A DNA stretch of 64,000 nt from a virus (IMGVR_UViG_3300032117_000012); one strand, 5' to 3'; positions 37,922-47,430 are shown, numbered from the stretch's first letter. Made by a program: numbers and translations. Notes: a model not told the origin generated them from the sequence alone.

Positions 37922-38932
37922 TTATCCGGTCCTATACATGAACTTTGGAGACGCTACAGAAATGTCTTTCCCTATGTTTTCGGCTACCAATGATTGGCAT
38001 AAGGCATTCCACTGAGAAGACACTCTATCCCAATTAAATCTAAAATCTGCATATGTTTTTACAAAATTAAGATATGGCATCATATTATCATTTTGTAGAC
38101 GATTAATAGTATCATCCAAGAGATTATAGAACAATCCAGCATGTTTGTTTTGATCATTATCCCATTGATATTGTAATGTCAACCCACCACTTGTATCAGT
38201 TAATCCTGCAAAATTAGGATGAACGCATACACAACCAGATGACATTGCCTCAATCAAGGATCTACTATTACATTCCATCCAAATGGAAGGATATGCAAAA
38301 ATATGTGCATTTGCTACATGCTGTCTTACAGTTTCGTTACTAGCAAATCCGTGGTAGTTAATTTGGGGATGATTTCGACAACGTTCAAATAATTCTTCGA
38401 ATTGTGCATCAGCTTCTGACCATCCATAAATTGCATAGCTAGAAAATACATCTAAAATTATATTAGGATGTTTCTTCGCCAGTTCTTCAAATACTGGCAC
38501 CAAGATGTTCAATCCTCTCTGAGGAGTGGAGGTATAGATTAAACGTATTTCTTTTTTTGGATCTGGTTTATTAATTGCTGGAAATGGATCAATTGCGGTA
38601 TCGATTACACAGAATTGCTGAGTTTGGGGGACACCTAACAACATCTGATATGCGTTCATTTGCCAATTACCACAATATACTATCTTATGAAACCTATTTC
38701 TGCTATTAGGATCCTGTAGATGTTTAGTTTCACTATCCATTGGTAGATCATGAACCCAATAAATTCTAAGCCTATCATCATGTAATTCTCGTACACGAGA
38801 AGGAATAATCTGAAATTTATCATGAAATTCCGGGTTTAATCTTGAAATAAGACCTTCTACCATTTGTTCAGTTCCGCCATGAGAATTCTTATTTAATTCA
38901 TTACGGGACCAAAGTTTTGGATCAATGCTCAT
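37922..38932 (-). CDS. glycosyltransferase (GT4-like, tentative)
   Basis: HGGTEQ N-terminal block and C-terminal E..SLIEAMSSGCVCV resembling GT4 E-x7-E region. Confidence 0.45.
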   Translation of the reverse strand: MSIDPKLWSRNELNKNSHGGTEQMVEGLISRLNPEFHDKFQIIPSRVRELHDDRLRIYWVHDLPMDSETKHLQDPNSRNRFHKIVYCGNWQMNAYQMLLGVPQTQQFCVIDTAIDPFPAINKPDPKKEIRLIYTSTPQRGLNILVPVFEELAKKHPNIILDVFSSYAIYGWSEADAQFEELFERCRNHPQINYHGFASNETVRQHVANAHIFAYPSIWMECNSRSLIEAMSSGCVCVHPNFAGLTDTSGGLTLQYQWDNDQNKHAGLFYNLLDDTINRLQNDNMMPYLNFVKTYADFRFNWDRVSSQWNALCQSLVAENIGKDISVASPKFMYRTG

Positions 38933-39908
38933 AATTTAATTCCTCGATATGTCTATAATGCGATTTAATAATATCGCTTAAATTGTGTTTGGGTCTATAA
39001 TTCAATTGTGTGATGGTTTTAAACGTATCTGCTAAAAGATACGCAGGATCCCCAGAACGTTCTTCGCTTATCGAATAAGTTAAAGGAAAATGCTGCTGAA
39101 ACATTTTTACAAGCTCTTTATTAGAGCTATGGCATGCATTACCATTTCCAACGTTAAATGTGTCGAAATATCCATATTCAGTGAGGATGATATGGTTGGC
39201 GGCAGCTATAAGAGTTCGACACACATCTTCTACATGTATGTAATCTCTAACACAGGTTCTGTCATATGTATTATAATCAGATCCAAATATCTTGAATTCA
39301 GACTTATTTATAGAGGCCATAGACATTTTTGTCAATATATGAGGTTGATCAACATCCTGTCCTAATTCCCCATATGAGCCTGCTACATTGAAAAACCTCA
39401 TAGCCATAGCTCTGGCACCATATGCGGCACATACAGCCTCTAAGAGCTTCTCTCCGAACCATTTGGTCCATCCATAGGGGTTGATGGGATTTCCTGCTAA
39501 ATCTTCTCTGATTAGATGTGATGTTCCAACATCACCATATACCGCAGCAGAAGAAGCAAAAACAATAGGAGTTTTTTGATTTACTCCTTCTACGATACCA
39601 GTCAACATTTCAGTTAAATGTGAATTGTTGTTTTTAAAATATGTAAGAGGATTTGTCACAGATGGGCCAAGCAAACTATTGGCTCCTAAATGGAATATTA
39701 CATCAACTTTATTTTGTTTAGCTTTCCAAAAGTTGATATTGCCATATCCTGTAGGCTTATTATTATAAGCACGAGAAACATAATTAGAAATGATGTCCAA
39801 AGGCTTATTATCAATATCCAAAGCCACAACATTCCAACCAGATTCATGAAGAATTTTACAAAGAATTCGGCCAATATATCCCCCTGCTCCGGTAACAATA
39901 GCTTTCAC
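38922..39908 (-). CDS. NAD-dependent sugar-nucleotide epimerase/dehydratase (SDR; GalE/HldD-like)
   Basis: MKAIVTGAGGYIGRIL Rossmann GxxGxxG; YGWTK catalytic YxxxK. Confidence 0.7.
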   Translation of the reverse strand: MKAIVTGAGGYIGRILCKILHESGWNVVALDIDNKPLDIISNYVSRAYNNKPTGYGNINFWKAKQNKVDVIFHLGANSLLGPSVTNPLTYFKNNNSHLTEMLTGIVEGVNQKTPIVFASSAAVYGDVGTSHLIREDLAGNPINPYGWTKWFGEKLLEAVCAAYGARAMAMRFFNVAGSYGELGQDVDQPHILTKMSMASINKSEFKIFGSDYNTYDRTCVRDYIHVEDVCRTLIAAANHIILTEYGYFDTFNVGNGNACHSSNKELVKMFQQHFPLTYSISEERSGDPAYLLADTFKTITQLNYRPKHNLSDIIKSHYRHIEELNYEH

Positions 39909-40062
39909 AATTCATCCCCAATTTCTATTTCTTCAACATATTTTCGCCCGATATCTAAGCATAACGACAAGACTGCCATTGCACTTATTCTGGACGCTAG
40001 ATTTACAACTAACCATACCGCTATTTTAGCTTTAATATGTTCCCATTTGGTCAACGGTTGTA

Positions 40063-40557
40063 TCATATACTCTCACTTATCGTATAAGAAATAACATTTG
40101 AATAATTCAGATTAAATTTTCCATGTTTACCAGACACTACCACGATATCTTTATCTAATGGATCTAATGATATAAATGTAAGCATATCTTGTTCACTGTG
40201 TAAACCAGTGTTATATTCAACCGATAATGGAGAATAATTTGTCATATCATGAAAAAATAATGATTTATATTGATCATCCATTTCTGAAATATATTCAACT
40301 AAAGAATCATACCCGCCTATAGGTCTATAGTAAGAATCTTCGTATATAACCCAAATTTGAGGAACAGTCTTAGCATCTGGTGCTAATTCTAAAAGCTCTT
40401 CTTTGGTATAGTCCTCTCCAAGATTCATATATGTAAATTCAAAATTCTTATTAGTGAGAACTTCTTTTGCTTTATCACAAAATTGACAATTATTTTTTCC
40501 ATAAACGATGAAACGCATATTATCTCCAAGAAATTTTATTAATAGAAATCCTAGCAT
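40063..40557 (-). CDS. glutaredoxin/NrdH-like redoxin with C-terminal extension
   Basis: FIVYGKNNCQFCDKAKEVL CxxC in glutaredoxin context, TVPQIWV. Confidence 0.6.
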   Translation of the reverse strand: MLGFLLIKFLGDNMRFIVYGKNNCQFCDKAKEVLTNKNFEFTYMNLGEDYTKEELLELAPDAKTVPQIWVIYEDSYYRPIGGYDSLVEYISEMDDQYKSLFFHDMTNYSPLSVEYNTGLHSEQDMLTFISLDPLDKDIVVVSGKHGKFNLNYSNVISYTISESI

Positions 40558-40735
40558 CAGGATATAGACGATCTAGGTAACTTTGGACGGCAAATTCTGA
40601 TTCAGCCCCATGCAAATGGACCACACTGGATCCCTGTTGCTGACGACGATTACGAACATTATTCTTAGAATAATAAAAATCGACCATAAAGTTTGCCATG
40701 GAATTGTCTCCTTATTTAGGAGTTATATTCCAATT

Positions 40736-41401
40736 TTACTCAGATGTCAAGCTATAATATGCGTCAACTCTTTCATGTGCGACTGTAACCCAATCGGATA
40801 CATTTTCAATAAAAACAGATGGACCATCGCCATTTTCGTTAGCAATGATAATCACAACTTGATCAATGGATATCCCAGTTAGTTCTTTAAATGCGATAGC
40901 ATAGATCGTAGATTGGATAAAATAATCTTCTATCCATTCTTTCTTTTTCTCGTTGGTGCTGGTTTTATAGTCTATAATCGATCTTTTGCCCTTAAATTTG
41001 GCAATTAAATCAGATCTTCCGGCTATTCGAAGTGTATCTGAATATAATGGAACTTCTATCCCTACAATATTTCTAACATTTTTTAATAGAATAGGTCTTA
41101 TTTGGCCAAATAGAGCTAATGCCAAACTATTTTCCCGTCTAGGATCTATTTTTTCTCCCATGACAAATCGTTCGGCCAAACTATGTAATTCATTTCCTCG
41201 CATTGCAGCGGCCCTAGTGATTCTATCAGCTTCTGCATCTCCAATTTTAAGTCTCCATTTTATTAGATGGTCTTTATCGGATGTTTTACCTAATACCGTA
41301 GTCACTGATGGATATTTTTTACCATCTGGTGTGATATAATATCTACCTGTTGGTAGAGTTTCACATTCTAAATCTTCAAATTTCATTAATTCAAGTGACA
41401 T
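40736..41401 (-). CDS. PD-(D/E)xK nuclease family protein
   Basis: GIEVPL ... SIIDYKTS D/E-x-K arrangement. Confidence 0.45.
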   Translation of the reverse strand: MSLELMKFEDLECETLPTGRYYITPDGKKYPSVTTVLGKTSDKDHLIKWRLKIGDAEADRITRAAAMRGNELHSLAERFVMGEKIDPRRENSLALALFGQIRPILLKNVRNIVGIEVPLYSDTLRIAGRSDLIAKFKGKRSIIDYKTSTNEKKKEWIEDYFIQSTIYAIAFKELTGISIDQVVIIIANENGDGPSVFIENVSDWVTVAHERVDAYYSLTSE

Positions 41402-41408
41402 AATTTAT

Positions 41409-41735
41409 TCAATCTGTAGTAGCTTTGATACCAAATTTTTTCTGTTTAGCCTTTACGACTTCTCGAATTTTTGTTTGCTTAATACCTTTATCACCATATG
41501 TATCTGCCATTTTAGAAGTAGGATTGGCTCTAGCTATTCTTCCCATCATATCATTAAATCCGGCATCTGGTTTGATACTATCGCCAGTTCCGCTTATGAT
41601 AGCACATCCAGTTACCATTTGTTTTATATGAGGATTGTCGGCCAAATAAGATTCACGAGCGGAAATACCCATATAATCTTCCCATTCTTCATCAGTTTCA
41701 GTATTTTTAAATCTGTAAATAGGCATTAATCCCAC
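41409..41735 (-). CDS. hypothetical protein
   Basis: 108-aa ORF. Confidence 0.4.
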   Translation of the reverse strand: MGLMPIYRFKNTETDEEWEDYMGISARESYLADNPHIKQMVTGCAIISGTGDSIKPDAGFNDMMGRIARANPTSKMADTYGDKGIKQTKIREVVKAKQKKFGIKATTD

Positions 41736-42193
41736 AATCCTCTATAATATTTGCCAAATAATATCAATCCATTAGCTATACGTTTATCATATTCTAATGC
41801 AGATTCTTTATCATACCAATATTTAGGCTTGTTTGGATCCACTTGGTCATTTATATGCATTTCTGAATATTTTGGTTTATCAGCTTTAGGGGTGAAAACT
41901 AATGTCATATTATCACTATGATGATGAAAATCTTCTGGCTTTAAAATTTGAGCAAATGCCCAAATCATTTCATCCAAAGCCCAATTCCATCTATCATGTA
42001 CAGTTTCATCGTTATCAAAACCTGAATTATGATTCCTTAATTCTTCTGGTACATCTTCGTTATCTACAATACATGAACCATGCTTATTCTTTTTTAATTT
42101 GATGAGAGCGGGATGAATAATTCGTGCTAACGTGTAGTCAAGATTCCACACATCTTTACGAGATATCTTGACTACACGATTAGTTACTTTCAT
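41726..42193 (-). CDS. hypothetical protein
   Basis: 155-aa ORF. Confidence 0.45.
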   Translation of the reverse strand: MKVTNRVVKISRKDVWNLDYTLARIIHPALIKLKKNKHGSCIVDNEDVPEELRNHNSGFDNDETVHDRWNWALDEMIWAFAQILKPEDFHHHSDNMTLVFTPKADKPKYSEMHINDQVDPNKPKYWYDKESALEYDKRIANGLILFGKYYRGLWD

Positions 42194-42204
42194 AATTTTA
42201 CTTT

Positions 42205-42657
42205 CTAGTGTCTAACAACATGATCGGCGGCGTGAGTAGCGGCCCATGCCAGAGGTTTAATTTGTGCATCTATACCCAGACAGCCCTTAACCCAACCAAG
42301 AGCTTCTTTAACAGCCACATTAGACTTATGCTTTGGATTTGGATTGATATCAAGATGGACCGACATATGCCTACCACCTAGGACTTCCAGAATATCAGTT
42401 GCGGCATCTACTGCAAACTGAACCTCTGTCAGTAGTCGTTGCTTTAGATTGCCATAATCTTCTAGGTCTACTGTATGATGAAAAATTTGGCATCCATGTC
42501 GAGAATCTTTATGTAGAATAATAACAGTTGAATACTTTGCCATCCACTTTTTATTTTTCTTATAACGAATACTATCTGCGCCAACATACACAGAAGAACT
42601 TTGTGATGAGTTCATGATAGCTTTTTTGGCATCTTCAAACATATTACTTCCTTTCAA
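42205..42657 (-). CDS. hypothetical protein
   Basis: 150-aa ORF. Confidence 0.45.
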   Translation of the reverse strand: MKGSNMFEDAKKAIMNSSQSSSVYVGADSIRYKKNKKWMAKYSTVIILHKDSRHGCQIFHHTVDLEDYGNLKQRLLTEVQFAVDAATDILEVLGGRHMSVHLDINPNPKHKSNVAVKEALGWVKGCLGIDAQIKPLAWAATHAADHVVRH

Positions 42658-42715
42658 AACATTAAGTAATGTTGCCTTCTATATAGACTTGATATTACTA
42701 TGTCAAGGAAAATAT

Positions 42716-42790
42716 TGGCGAATGCGCTGGGATTCGAACCCAGATTTTCAGTTTTGGAGACTGACGTGTTAAACCATTGATCACTACGCA
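42716..42790 (-). tRNA. tRNA-Trp(CCA)-like; good anticodon arm (TCAGT CTCCAAA ACTGA) and T-arm, CCA encoded, but acceptor/D-stem pairing irregular (possible bulge) - may be atypical or pseudo
   Basis: hand folding of reverse complement. Confidence 0.45.
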
Positions 42791-42876
42791 AACGTGAGGG
42801 CAAGGTTTTTTAAAGAAAAACCCTGCAAGAAAACTTAATCTCTGTATTATACCAGAGCAGCTCTGATGCATGCTAC

Positions 42877-43086
42877 CTATTGTCCGAGATTAACGACATT
42901 TTGGTTCTTAATAACTAAATCATTTTTAGTTGCATAATCTATAACATCTGAATAATAAAATATTATTCCGCCGCCATCCCGTGGTTTGGTATTCGGTAAA
43001 GCTTTAAGAAAGCTAAATGTTTGCGGATAGAAATATTTACTACTATCGAATATATCATCTATTATTTCTTGATCGGTCATATGCAA
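42877..43086 (-). CDS. hypothetical protein
   Basis: 69-aa ORF. Confidence 0.3.
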   Translation of the reverse strand: MHMTDQEIIDDIFDSSKYFYPQTFSFLKALPNTKPRDGGGIIFYYSDVIDYATKNDLVIKNQNVVNLGQ

Positions 43087-43087
43087 C

Positions 43088-43273
43088 CTAATTAAAATTA
43101 TTTATAATTTCTATTATTTCTTTATATTGATGCAGTGAGTTTGCCGATGTGCCTGCCAATATTACGACTAGTAATTCTAAATGTTCTCTAGGCATCGTTT
43201 TAATATGTTCTATATATTCGTTAAAATCTGGACGATCATGTGACATATTTAATCCCTCATAAAATACTAGCAT
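43088..43273 (-). CDS. hypothetical protein
   Basis: 61-aa ORF. Confidence 0.3.
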   Translation of the reverse strand: MLVFYEGLNMSHDRPDFNEYIEHIKTMPREHLELLVVILAGTSANSLHQYKEIIEIINNFN

Positions 43274-43291
43274 ATGAAACGTATATACAAT

Positions 43292-43367
43292 TGGTCGGGA
43301 AGACAGGGATCGAACCTGCGACCTGATGCTCCCAAAGCACCCGCTCTACCACCTGAGCTACTTCCCG
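43292..43367 (-). tRNA. tRNA-Pro(TGG), CCA encoded
   Basis: CGGGAAG acceptor, GCTC AGGTGGTAGA GC D-arm, anticodon loop TTTGGGA, T-loop TTCGATC. Confidence 0.8.
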
Positions 43368-43370
43368 ATA

Positions 43371-43425
43371 TTCTTTATTTAGTTTTAGGCGGGAGTGACG
43401 ATTCTTCACCCGCTCTACCATCTTA
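43371..43425 (-). repeat. partial tRNA duplication: D-arm segment CACCCGCTCTACCA repeated from tRNA-Pro, fused to a GC hairpin; no T-arm
   Basis: 14-nt identity with 43338-43351; hairpin GCGGGTGA...TCACTCCCGC. Confidence 0.4.
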
Positions 43426-43511
43426 CTGTCAAGCCTTCTATATGACTATTTTTGGCCTTTGTGATTGGTGTGCTATTTATTGATCGTTTAACTACACTAC
43501 TAAAACAATAT

Positions 43512-43593
43512 TGGCACCCTAGGTAGGATTCGAACCCACATGTTAGTTCCAGTTACCTTTCGCTCCGTTCGTAGCGGAGGGGGATACTAGGGC
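43512..43593 (-). tRNA. atypical long tRNA-like gene (82 nt): perfect 7-bp acceptor, canonical T-arm, CCA; internal region has hairpin CTCCG CTACGAA CGGAG (anticodon ACG if read as anticodon arm) but no normal D-arm
   Basis: hand folding; 22-nt unassigned region. Confidence 0.4.
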
Positions 43594-43789
43594 ATTAATT
43601 GGTTGCGGTGTCACGGATTTGCACCGGTTTTCTAGGATATGAGCCTAGTGAGATACTGAACCTCCCACCCGCTATGAAACTCTGTGAAGCCCTTTCAACT
43701 TCTTGGATAGCTCCCTTACCGATAGTCTATCTATGTCATCTTCCCGATGCGGGGCTAAGTTTTTACGGATATTTTCTTAGCATCTAATA

Positions 43790-43864
43790 TGGTACTCGGT
43801 AGTGGGATCGAACCACTGACAACTGCCGTGTAAAAGCAGCACTCTACCGCTGAGTTAACCGAGC
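43790..43864 (-). tRNA. tRNA-Val(TAC), CCA encoded
   Basis: GCTCGGT acceptor; ACTC AGCGGTA GAGT D-arm; anticodon loop TTTACAC; T-loop TTCGATC. Confidence 0.8.
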
Positions 43865-43881
43865 ATTTTTTCAAAATTTTA

Positions 43882-43957
43882 TGGTACGGACGGTGAGGAT
43901 CGAACTCAACACCTACTGGTTGGAAGCCAGTCACGCAAACCACTACGCCACGCCCGC
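43882..43957 (-). tRNA. tRNA-Gly(TCC), CCA encoded
   Basis: GCGGGCG acceptor; anticodon arm ACTGG CTTCCAA CCAGT; T-loop TTCGATC. Confidence 0.75.
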
Positions 43958-44016
43958 ATGTATTTCTAAAGTATATATGTAAATTTATAGGTTGTCAAGT
44001 AATATTTTCAATATTT

Positions 44017-44024
44017 TATAAATA
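44017..44024 (+). promoter_or_regulatory. T4 late-promoter-like TATAAATA upstream of homing endonuclease gene
   Basis: exact octamer 64 nt upstream of candidate start 44088. Confidence 0.3.
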
Positions 44025-44027
44025 ACT

Positions 44028-44792
44028 TTGTGGTTCACGAAGTCCCCACTTCCAACCACCTTAACAGCTTTCAAGGAGCATGTCAACATGATTATTTATC
44101 TCTACGTAAAACAACATTCCATCACAGGATTAAAATATTTTGGAATGACTACTAAATTAAATCCCTTTACTTATAAAGGTTCTGGTAAATATTGGTCAAA
44201 ACATATCAAAAAACATGGTAGAGATTATATTAAAACATTAGATGTTTGGGGATTTGATGACCAAAAGCTTTGTACTGAGTTTGCTTTAAAATTCTCTCGT
44301 GATAATAATATCGTCAATTCTAATCAATGGGCCAACCTTATAGAAGAGATTGGAATTTCTGGAAGAATTAGAGGGCAGTCGGGATCACCAAGAAGCGAAG
44401 AGTGCAGAATAAAAATATCAGAAAAAGCTTTAGGTAGAAAATCTTGGAACAAAGGACTAACTAAAGAAAATGATCCAAGGGTTGCTAAAATATCACAATC
44501 CTTGTCAGGTATAAAGAAAAATTCCGAACATATTGAAAAATTAAAAATTCCTAAATCGGATGAACATAAACAAAAAATAAAAGAAATAATGAATAAAGAT
44601 AAATATAAAAACTTATTAGCAGATAGAGTCAGAGGAATACCAAGAACAGAAGAACAAAAGCATAAACAACGATTGGCTATGATAGGTAGACCCGGAGCAA
44701 ACAAAGGAAAACCTATGTCTGAAGAAAGTAAAAGAAAACTCAGCGAGTCTCAAAAATTAAGAATAGCCAAAAGGAAAGAATTATGTCCATAA
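44028..44792 (+). CDS. GIY-YIG/NUMOD3 homing endonuclease (seg-like, freestanding); likely start at MIIYLYV (44088)
   Basis: IYLYVKQHSITGLKYFGMT GIY-YIG-like start; repeated NUMOD3-type motifs (GRKSWNKGL, GRPGANKGKPMSEESKRKLS). Confidence 0.65.
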   Translation: MWFTKSPLPTTLTAFKEHVNMIIYLYVKQHSITGLKYFGMTTKLNPFTYKGSGKYWSKHIKKHGRDYIKTLDVWGFDDQKLCTEFALKFSRDNNIVNSNQWANLIEEIGISGRIRGQSGSPRSEECRIKISEKALGRKSWNKGLTKENDPRVAKISQSLSGIKKNSEHIEKLKIPKSDEHKQKIKEIMNKDKYKNLLADRVRGIPRTEEQKHKQRLAMIGRPGANKGKPMSEESKRKLSESQKLRIAKRKELCP

Positions 44793-45124
44793 ACAATATT
44801 AATAAAAAAATAGCGGTCACTGCAACTGATTTAATGGGGACCATGGGAACAGTGTATTTTTTCTTTTTTTTAGTTATGATACCATTGGTATTCCCCACAT
44901 TAATGACTCCAATAATGTATATTTCATCGTCTATAATTCAACTTGTTGTCCTTCCTCTTATCATGGTAGGACAACAAGTTCAAGGTGAAAAGACAGAAAT
45001 AAGAGCAATCCAAGATCATGAAACATTGATGGCAGAATTAGCTGAAATCAAAGAAATTCATTCAACTCTCAATCAACTTCATAAGGATAAAGCTGGATGT
45101 GGTTACGTCTCTGTCTCTTCTTGA
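44783..45124 (+). CDS. membrane protein
   Basis: 113 aa with two long hydrophobic segments. Confidence 0.45.
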   Translation: MSINNINKKIAVTATDLMGTMGTVYFFFFLVMIPLVFPTLMTPIMYISSSIIQLVVLPLIMVGQQVQGEKTEIRAIQDHETLMAELAEIKEIHSTLNQLHKDKAGCGYVSVSS

Positions 45125-45681
45125 TCTTAAATATTATTTTATGTAGTAATCCAACATTCGGTCAAACTATAACTGCTGATAGGCCGGGTATTGGTGCGGA
45201 TCCTGAAACTGTTCCACAATATACATTACAACCAGAGATGGGAACTGATTCTAAAGAAATTCGCCTTGGGGTATTAAAAGGATTTGAATTGGATCGAGAT
45301 GACACAAGCTGGGGGGCCAAGGTATCACTAATAGATAATGATACATTTAAATCATCTCTAAAAATATCATATGATGAAACTCTTAAAACTGTGGTAGAAA
45401 TTCCTTCCAATTATACCTACAACAAATGGTTTAATTTAGGAACAGATATTTCTATCTCTAAGACAGTTAAGATATACGCTGGCGAATTTAATTTTACTCC
45501 TACTTCTACCTTAACAATCAGTCCAACTGTATATTTTGATGGTAAACCTAGAGTAGCGGCTTTTGTAGCATGGATACCACTTAAACATCAAAATATACAA
45601 TTCGATATCGGATATGACAAGAAAAAGTTTAGTATTGGAATAAGCACGGCTTTAAATTTCAAAGACATATTTAAAAAATAA
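45097..45681 (+). CDS. secreted beta-rich protein (signal peptide)
   Basis: MWLRLCLFLILNIILCSNPTFGQ signal-like N-terminus. Confidence 0.45.
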   Translation: MWLRLCLFLILNIILCSNPTFGQTITADRPGIGADPETVPQYTLQPEMGTDSKEIRLGVLKGFELDRDDTSWGAKVSLIDNDTFKSSLKISYDETLKTVVEIPSNYTYNKWFNLGTDISISKTVKIYAGEFNFTPTSTLTISPTVYFDGKPRVAAFVAWIPLKHQNIQFDIGYDKKKFSIGISTALNFKDIFKK

Positions 45682-45824
45682 AGGGTTTTTCCTAGCCGGA
45701 ACGCACTCTACCCTTAAACGTTTTATTAACTTGGCTGCGACAACCGGAATTGCACCGATGTTTTCCTAACATAACCTACCCTAGGATTGTAGGTACGCTT
45801 ATTTAGAAGCTTATATCACAAAAT

Positions 45825-46031
45825 TTATTCTTGTTTTTCGGCCATCCAATTTTCTGCAAAATTCATTGCATCTTTTCTTGAAGAAAGATTATATGCAATC
45901 ATTTTATTATCGAATATGAAACTCCAAGTAAGATTTACATTATTACGCACGATATCAATATAGATGTTATTTTTGTAAACACAAAGATCATAATCAGGAT
46001 ACTTCAAATCTTCTTGATTCCAGTCTATCAT
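45825..46031 (-). CDS. hypothetical protein
   Basis: 68-aa ORF. Confidence 0.35.
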   Translation of the reverse strand: MIDWNQEDLKYPDYDLCVYKNNIYIDIVRNNVNLTWSFIFDNKMIAYNLSSRKDAMNFAENWMAEKQE

Positions 46032-46079
46032 AATATTACCCTTCCATTTGTCAAAGTCTGAAACTTATCTGACTTTGGA

Positions 46080-46433
46080 TCATATTCTTCCCAATCTTTT
46101 AGCCCAAGGACCTCTAAATGTCAAGAGAAAAGTAGTACCATTTGAATCAACTTTATGAAAATCTTCTCGTCTAGTTATAAATGGTTTCAAACTTGGTTTA
46201 TGCCAAACCCATCTACCACCTAAAAAAGTTTCTGTCAATCTTCCATAAAGAACCCATGAAAAGCAATTGAATGCATGAGAATGAAACATTTCTCTCGATT
46301 TGCCTTCAAATTTCAAAAGCGCAATTGAAAAAACATTTTTCCATTCTATCAACCAATATCCTGTAACAGTGGATTCTGGACCGCCATCTTTCATAATTTT
46401 AAATAATTTCATATTCCATCCTAACAGCTTCAA
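46080..46433 (-). CDS. hypothetical protein
   Basis: 117-aa ORF. Confidence 0.4.
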   Translation of the reverse strand: MKLLGWNMKLFKIMKDGGPESTVTGYWLIEWKNVFSIALLKFEGKSREMFHSHAFNCFSWVLYGRLTETFLGGRWVWHKPSLKPFITRREDFHKVDSNGTTFLLTFRGPWAKRLGRI

Positions 46434-46680
46434 CCAACTTTCGTCTGTGGGTCTTTCGGGGATTCTGGTTTAATGGAACTACTATAATCCCTTTTTCGTA
46501 ATATAACAGGCTGCGCTGTGCTTAACCGGGACCACCCGCACACCGAATCGAACGGTTCAGACCTCTTGTTCAAAAAAGTATTTTTTAAATGCGGTAATCA
46601 GCCTAATATCACAGGATTGCTTTTGTCCGCTAAGACACCCAAAGTTATAGCGTTTTTATTTGCTGTAACAATCCTAAAAC

Positions 46681-46754
46681 TGGCGACTCTGACGGGACTC
46701 GAACCCGTCTTCACCGGTAGACAGCCGGTGGCCTTCCCTGACGGCAACAGAGCC
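46681..46754 (-). tRNA. tRNA-Asp(GTC), CCA encoded
   Basis: GGCTCTG acceptor; anticodon arm ACCGG CTGTCTA CCGGT; T-arm CGGG TTCGAGT CCCG. Confidence 0.8.
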
Positions 46755-46759
46755 ATTAT

Positions 46760-47002
46760 TTAATATTTAGATAGGTTTCTGATAGGAATTATCTTATCTT
46801 CTCCATCTTTATATGTCACTATTACACATGCCTCGTCGTAATATGTACAAAATTCAGAAATAATAGCCAGTTGACATCCAAATTTATTGGTATTTACTAG
46901 CACCATTTCCCCAACTTCATAGTTCGTTTGGGCATGTCGACCGTGAGTTGGAATTGCATCGATTAGAATTGGTTTCATAAAACTTCTCCTTACCATCTGC
47001 AA
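46760..47002 (-). CDS. hypothetical protein
   Basis: 80-aa ORF. Confidence 0.35.
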   Translation of the reverse strand: MQMVRRSFMKPILIDAIPTHGRHAQTNYEVGEMVLVNTNKFGCQLAIISEFCTYYDEACVIVTYKDGEDKIIPIRNLSKY

Positions 47003-47036
47003 TAAATCATTTTCAACACAAAGTCAACATAAAAAT

Positions 47037-47118
47037 TGGTGGGTAAGTGTGGACTCGAACCACTCCCGGTTAAGGTCAGGTTTTACAGACCGTCTGCTAG
47101 AACCCCTAGCTTTACCTA
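47037..47118 (-). tRNA. degenerate tRNA-like gene (T-arm GTGG TTCGAGT CCAC and ACCA end present; acceptor and anticodon arms do not fold canonically) - probable pseudo-tRNA
   Basis: hand folding. Confidence 0.3.
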
Positions 47119-47128
47119 CACATAAATG

Positions 47129-47204
47129 TGGTGCCTCTCCGAGGTTTCGATCCCCGTTCTTCCGCTCTTCAGGCGGACGCTATGACCACATCAGCTAAAG
47201 AGGC
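47129..47204 (-). tRNA. tRNA-Phe(GAA), CCA encoded
   Basis: GCCTCTT acceptor; GCTG ATGTGGTCA TAGC D-arm; anticodon arm TCCGC CTGAAGA GCGGA; T-loop ATCGAAA. Confidence 0.75.
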
Positions 47205-47219
47205 ACTCTATTAAACCAT

Positions 47220-47289
47220 CCGTAGCATGAGGATTCCTACCCCGCCCAACCAATCTTAGCTATTCAACTATGAATGCCCATCGCTACGG
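47220..47289 (-). ncRNA. tRNA-sized structured element closed by a 7-bp stem CCGTAGC/GCTACGG with internal hairpins; not a canonical tRNA
   Basis: hand folding; no TTCGA T-loop. Confidence 0.25.
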
Positions 47290-47347
47290 TGATGGGTGGC
47301 CTCTTACTCTGTGTTTCGAGTTTCGAACCTCTACACACATATAAAAC

Positions 47348-47422
47348 TGGTCTAGGTGGTGGGTAACGCTCCCACGATCCGGTGGTTCCAAACCACCGTT
47401 TAGCCCTTGCTATCTCACCTAG
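47348..47422 (-). tRNA. atypical tRNA-like gene: 7-bp acceptor CTAGGTG/CACCTAG + ACCA, anticodon arm GGTGG TTTGGAA CCACC (anticodon TGG, Pro), but D-loop only 4 nt and T-loop AGCGTTA non-canonical
   Basis: hand folding on both strands; minus orientation supplies the CCA end. Confidence 0.35.
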
Positions 47423-47430
47423 ATATTATA

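Noticed and set aside
43274-43483. ORFs overlapping tRNA genes (also 43599-43787, 43755-43943, 46518-46763, 59785-59976, 60292-60477)
   Set aside because: They cover well-folded tRNAs on the opposite strand or the same strand and have no coding features
46518-46600. Possible tRNA at 46518-46600 (contains ACCG TTCGATT CGGT T-arm-like hairpin)
   Set aside because: No acceptor pairing or anticodon arm could be built. Treated as another degenerate fragment rather than a gene
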